A stretch of DNA of 64,000 bases, from NCBI RefSeq assembly GCF_009914755.1, contig NC_060926.1. One strand, given 5' to 3'. Under the pieces are notes generated by a model. It was given only the letters and a program-made list of their open reading frames with translations. It did no database searches and was not told the DNA's origin. Numbering within the stretch: position 1 is the first letter of the stretch; each line of letters begins with the position of its first letter. Shown one piece after another: positions 59,311 to 64,000 of this stretch. This DNA is from the human T2T-CHM13v2.0 reference genome, Homo sapiens. Both the position numbers and the translations under genes were made by a program.

Positions 59311-61039
59311 GACTGCTTCTCAAAGAAAATAAATACTCTTCCCCAAATACCAACAAGAAAAATAAAAAGCCTTATGGGAAACATTAAAACAGGTCATGAG
59401 AACCTTCCTTCCTTTCCTCCAAGCAACTACTCCTCCTGTATGGCTGAGGAATGATATCACCTGGTTCTCGATATCATTGCAATGGAATTGGTCATATTTT
59501 CCATAGATAACAGGACAGCAGTTTCCTCCTCCTCATGAATGTGCTATATAGACTGGCAGCTGTAGGATTTCAAAAAAGCATTCTGTTTTAATCCAACTCA
59601 TAAAATACATGATAATCTGCATCAAAATGAGCAAGACTAAATATGGAACACTCTTAGCCAAAAGATGGCAGGCATAACTGAAAAGACCCTCTCGGTGCAG
59701 TCAGAATTTAACATTTAATTTTGTTATTAGCTCCAGAAGGGCAGGCTGATTTTTCACAGGTGTAAGCAATATACATAATTAATGCCACACCTCAGGACTC
59801 CCAGAAAGATCACTGGCCAGCATTAACTGCATACATGCTAGGCTGAAATTAGATCATATCTAGTATGCAATTTTGAAATTACAATTATGAATGATGGGAT
59901 TCATATATGCATTTGAAAGATGTTATTTCCTTTTGCTTTTAAAAGCAGCTTTAGAAAGCCAACATAACATTCTCTTGAGAAAAAAGAAAAAGCTCTCATT
60001 AATCCATGAACAGGAATCACGTAGACTGTTAAAGCTGCGGTGAATGTGAATAAAATTGGGCTGAATAATGACATTTAAAGTAAAACAGAGCTACAATTTA
60101 TTTGCAGTTGCTGAGCACTGAATGCACAGTTAAATTGCAGTTATTTGAAACACAGGGTCTTTTCAAAAACAATTGTTTAGCATCAAAACTATTTTCAGAC
60201 TTGAATTATGTGCAATGAAGATATTGTCTATTTTTTGGTTGGAAGAATGGATTCAAACCATAATTCTTCAGAAGGCGAAAGGGCTCCTAAATGCCAAGTT
60301 CAATTTCCAGCATTGCAGCAAATAGAACAAAGGATGACCAACTGGAATTTCACCTGAGTTTTTGTGACCTTACAGCAGACCTGTCTAGCTTTGAACATTA
60401 TATGATGCCTCTCTTCTTATTACTTTCACCATATTATTTCATCAACCCTGACTTCTTCAGGAAGATGGTATGCCAAAATTCAGTAGGTTGATCTGAAACC
60501 AGTAGAGACCCAAGTGGTATGCTCTCTGATTATCTTTGGGAAGAATTCTCTCCCTTGCTCAAATGGGAATTCAAAAGTAGCCCTTGTGATTGGATAGGTC
60601 AATGGTAAAGTGAAACTTTTCACCTTGTAATTTCTCTTATTCCTGTAAACAATCCTGGTGCAGAAGAAATACAGTGATATTACAGATCAGCCAATTGGGA
60701 ATAGTTTGCTATTACTGGAAATAGATTAGTATTGTTCTAACTAAACGTGAACAAGAGGAAATCATTACAATATGGGTGATTGCAGCATGCTAAATTTTGT
60801 GGCTATAGTATAGGGAAAATGTAATTGAACACATGCAGATCAAAGCTGTGGCTGATACCACTTCATTAAAAGAAATCCCACCTGGTTCACTCTCTGTCCA
60901 ACTAAGTCAGTTACAAATAATCACTAACACTGACAAATTATATTTATTGAAGGTCTTTACTTCAATAACGTTATCTCTATCATATTTTAACTTTTTACTT
61001 TAATGAGATAATTGTCACGTAATATAAATGGTTTTATGA

Positions 61040-61640
61040 AAGATTCATTGATTTATGCATTTATTAAAAATATTTTAGAAACTTAAATTTTTGAAAAAAA
61101 CTTGCTGAGTTCCAGGGACTGTTCTAAATGCTACCAACATATAAGTAAAATATCAACAAGTGCTAAAAAGAAAAGAAAACAGGGTTTAGGAAATAGAGTG
61201 ATGTCGGCCAGGGCTATTTTAGATTAGTGTCAGGGAAGTATTCTCTAAAAAAGTAACATGAATTACATGTCCCATGAATAGGAAAAATACTCCAGATGAA
61301 AGGAATAATAAGTTTAATGTCCCTGGCATGGAAATAAGCTAACATATTTCGGGAAATTAAAAAAAAAACACAAACAAAATTCCTGGGAGGCAGGGGGATA
61401 GGGTAGAGAGACATAAGAATAGGTTGTATAGGTTTTCTGAGGCAAAATCTTATATGACTTTGTCAGCTTTGAAAAGAGGTTTCAATTGTATCTGAAATGC
61501 AGTGAGAAGGCACTTAAAAAGTGACATGATCTGATTTATATATTTGGACCATCAATCTGATTGTTATTTGCTGAGTAGACTTTGGGTTGGGGAGGCACGC
61601 ATGCAACCAATGATACCAATTAGAAGGCAAATAAAGTAGA
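61040..61640 (-). mobile_element. L2 3' fragment
   Basis: 'ttgctgagttccagggactgttctaaatgct' and 'gtgacatgatctgatttata'. Confidence 0.7.
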
Positions 61641-63094
61641 GTTCTCTTCTGATTGCTTGTATCTCTGCAGTAAAATAAAAGCAAAACATTGGGTACTAGT
61701 GGGAGGGGGGAAGGATCGTTGCAGGTATAAGGAGAGAGGAAAAGGAATGAAGGGATTATTTGGGAAACTGGAGTGGTGAGTTGATCAAGGAGATATGGTA
61801 GATCTATCTATGCTGAAGGAGATTTAAGAATAGAGATTATAAAATTAAAAGGATTATAGTCAGTTCCTCCAATTCATTTGTTACTGGAGAACAACTGAGA
61901 AAAACAACAGCAAATTGAGTCCAAACTGATAAACTTGCTTGAGTCAATAATTTTCTCTCCCTTTTGTGATTCTTTCCAAGGTAGTATCAAAGAGCCCTCC
62001 TCCAGGGCTCTCTGGTCAGGTCTAAAAATTCAGAAGTGAGTCCCATCCAAACACTCAAGATGTTAAATGTAGTGTCACTACATGGTAACACTCCATGTCA
62101 GGCCTCTTCTATACTATTTCTATCAGCTCATCGTTTCACTAGAGTTCATGGAAACTCATGGACAACCTATTTGCTGGTCACATGGCACAGTGAGTCAGGA
62201 TTCCTGCATCAAGCCTGTCTATCACGGTGTCTCTCACAGCAATTTCCATTTCATTGCTTCTCAAATATCATGGTGCATATCCACAATCTCAGTTTCCAAA
62301 GATATGTAGCCTCCTCACAGTGTGCCCTAAAAAAACAATTATCTTCAGTTAATATTTACTTCCCTATATTTATATAGATATTGCCAAGCCCTTCCCTTTC
62401 AAGCTGCAGTCTCACAGAAGAGCAATGGTGATGAAGGTTGCAGCTGGTGGCAGGAACACTGACATTTTCTCTAATTGCTCTTCTTCAAACTGGCCTAAAG
62501 TTAAACTGTAATTTAGTTACCAGATTGGACTCTTGAAATATTAAGGGAATTAAACATTTTCAGAAACTCTTTAAAATGTCTAAAGAAATAAACAAAAAAG
62601 TGCTTTTCAAGACTCTTATGTGTTACTAGCGATATTTAGAAACTCTGCTTTGAACTCTGAGCTGGTCAGTGGCCTCTTAGTTCCATGGTATATAAGCATT
62701 AGAGGTGGACATAACCAAGGAATTATGAGTTTAGTAGAAAATAATATATAGTCTTTTTTTTAAGGCCCTAAATATTAACCCCTTTTCAAGGATAATAATT
62801 TGAGGGTTTTTTTCCTATTTAAGTTACAAAATGAGAAGAAAGCTGGAAAAGAGCTGGTATTTATTGTATTAGATTTATTTTTAGGATGAGCAAAGAAAGT
62901 TTATCCCAGTTGCTAATTGAATAAGTATTTTATATTTACATGCATGGCTAAAACAGAAATAGGAAGAATTGAGCATTTTGTAAATTAGACACAAGGAATA
63001 AATATATACATAAAAGCATATTGCAACATTAAATGAGATCATACAGCACAGAAGCACAGCCTTCTGAATCATTCAACTTCTTTTAATATTCCAT

Positions 63095-63250
63095 CTATGT
63101 CAATTATTAGCTCTGTATTTTCAGCAAGTTGATTTACTTTTCTTGACTTTAGTTTGTATGACTCTTAGAAGGTATAGTGATATTGTGAAAATTAAATGAG
63201 CTAAATAGAAATTACTGCCACCAGAGTTGCTGTCATTATTATTAATTTAT
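63095..63250 (+). mobile_element. MIR fragment
   Basis: 'ttattagctctgtattttcagcaagttgatttac...ttgtgaaaattaaatgag'. Confidence 0.55.
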
Positions 63251-64000
63251 CATAATTTAAAAGACCTCATGTATCAAAGATTTTGCAATTTAATAATGTA
63301 AATAAGGCAAACATTTGGCCAACACATTAGTGTCAAATGATCCATTGTATGAGATATAAAAGACGAATTTATAGGAAAATAATTCAAGATTCTCATAGAT
63401 ATGCTAAAATATAAATTTGGATCAAAGACACAATCAATAAACAACACCCCCACCCCTGCCATGTGTTAACACAGAGCTAGTGAAAACCTTTCACAGAGGG
63501 CTATAAACAAATTTCAAACCCATAAGGTTGCCAGACATATTCTTTCTTATATGAAGACGGAGGGTTATGAAAGGCAGAAGCTTTTCTTCCGTAGCAATAT
63601 TTGGACTCTGTTTTGCCTGCAGCTCATTGCTGCTTTAAATAGAAAGTCAGGGAGATGCTCTCCTTAGGCAAGAGCATCTTGGCCAGGAGTTTTTCAGTGT
63701 AATCATCTTTGTTTATGAGGACCCTAATTATGTGACATACCCTTAATGGCTCTTCTTTCTCATTACTGTTGACCCCAATCCTCTCTGACTTGTCCCACCA
63801 GCATCATAAAGCTTTTCTAAAAAACTCCCCCCGGCTGAATTTCCATGGCTTTCACTCTGGTATTCAACAATGCAAGGAGCATAGTTGTGTTCCATGGAAA
63901 TAGTCTTTTATTCCACTGATATCATGTAAATTCTGAAGGATGAAATGTGATCTTTTAGTGATCTTGCAGAGCTGAGAACCCAGAATGATCTAATATATTT

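Noticed and set aside
62036-62377. 113-aa ORF and a small palindrome at 62061-62090
   Set aside because: GTG start, no recognisable motif; an 8-bp stem is expected by chance in 64 kb.

Overview
AT-rich primate genomic DNA. AluY, L1PA3 and LTR12 point to human or another ape. I recognise no host protein-coding gene, RNA gene or CpG island. More than half the window is interspersed repeat: old L1M/L1MC copies, L1MA2, L1PA3 and L1PA4/5 fragments, about 10 Alus, THE1/MST, MLT1, MER39, a MER52-type LTR, LTR12, a MER31-like provirus remnant, a MER110-like LTR, MIR, L2, and DNA transposons (Tigger3, MER8, MADE1, MER58, MER5, MER115). The long ORFs are L1 ORF2, THE1-internal or Alu remnants, or chance ORFs. 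I find no support for a new multi-gene biological system. The most notable signals are: (i) a perfect 36-bp inverted repeat around a TA-rich spacer (37006-37191); (ii) several templated-insertion or template-switch scars with identifiable local donors, one 2.36 kb away; (iii) two half DNA transposons sitting at L1 deletion junctions; (iv) a candidate 43-nt exon with strong splice sites (8847-8889); (v) a truncated LTR12 with an intact CCAAT array. Repeat family names come from recalled consensus sequences, not a database search. Subfamily calls and boundaries without a target-site duplication (TSD) are approximate.
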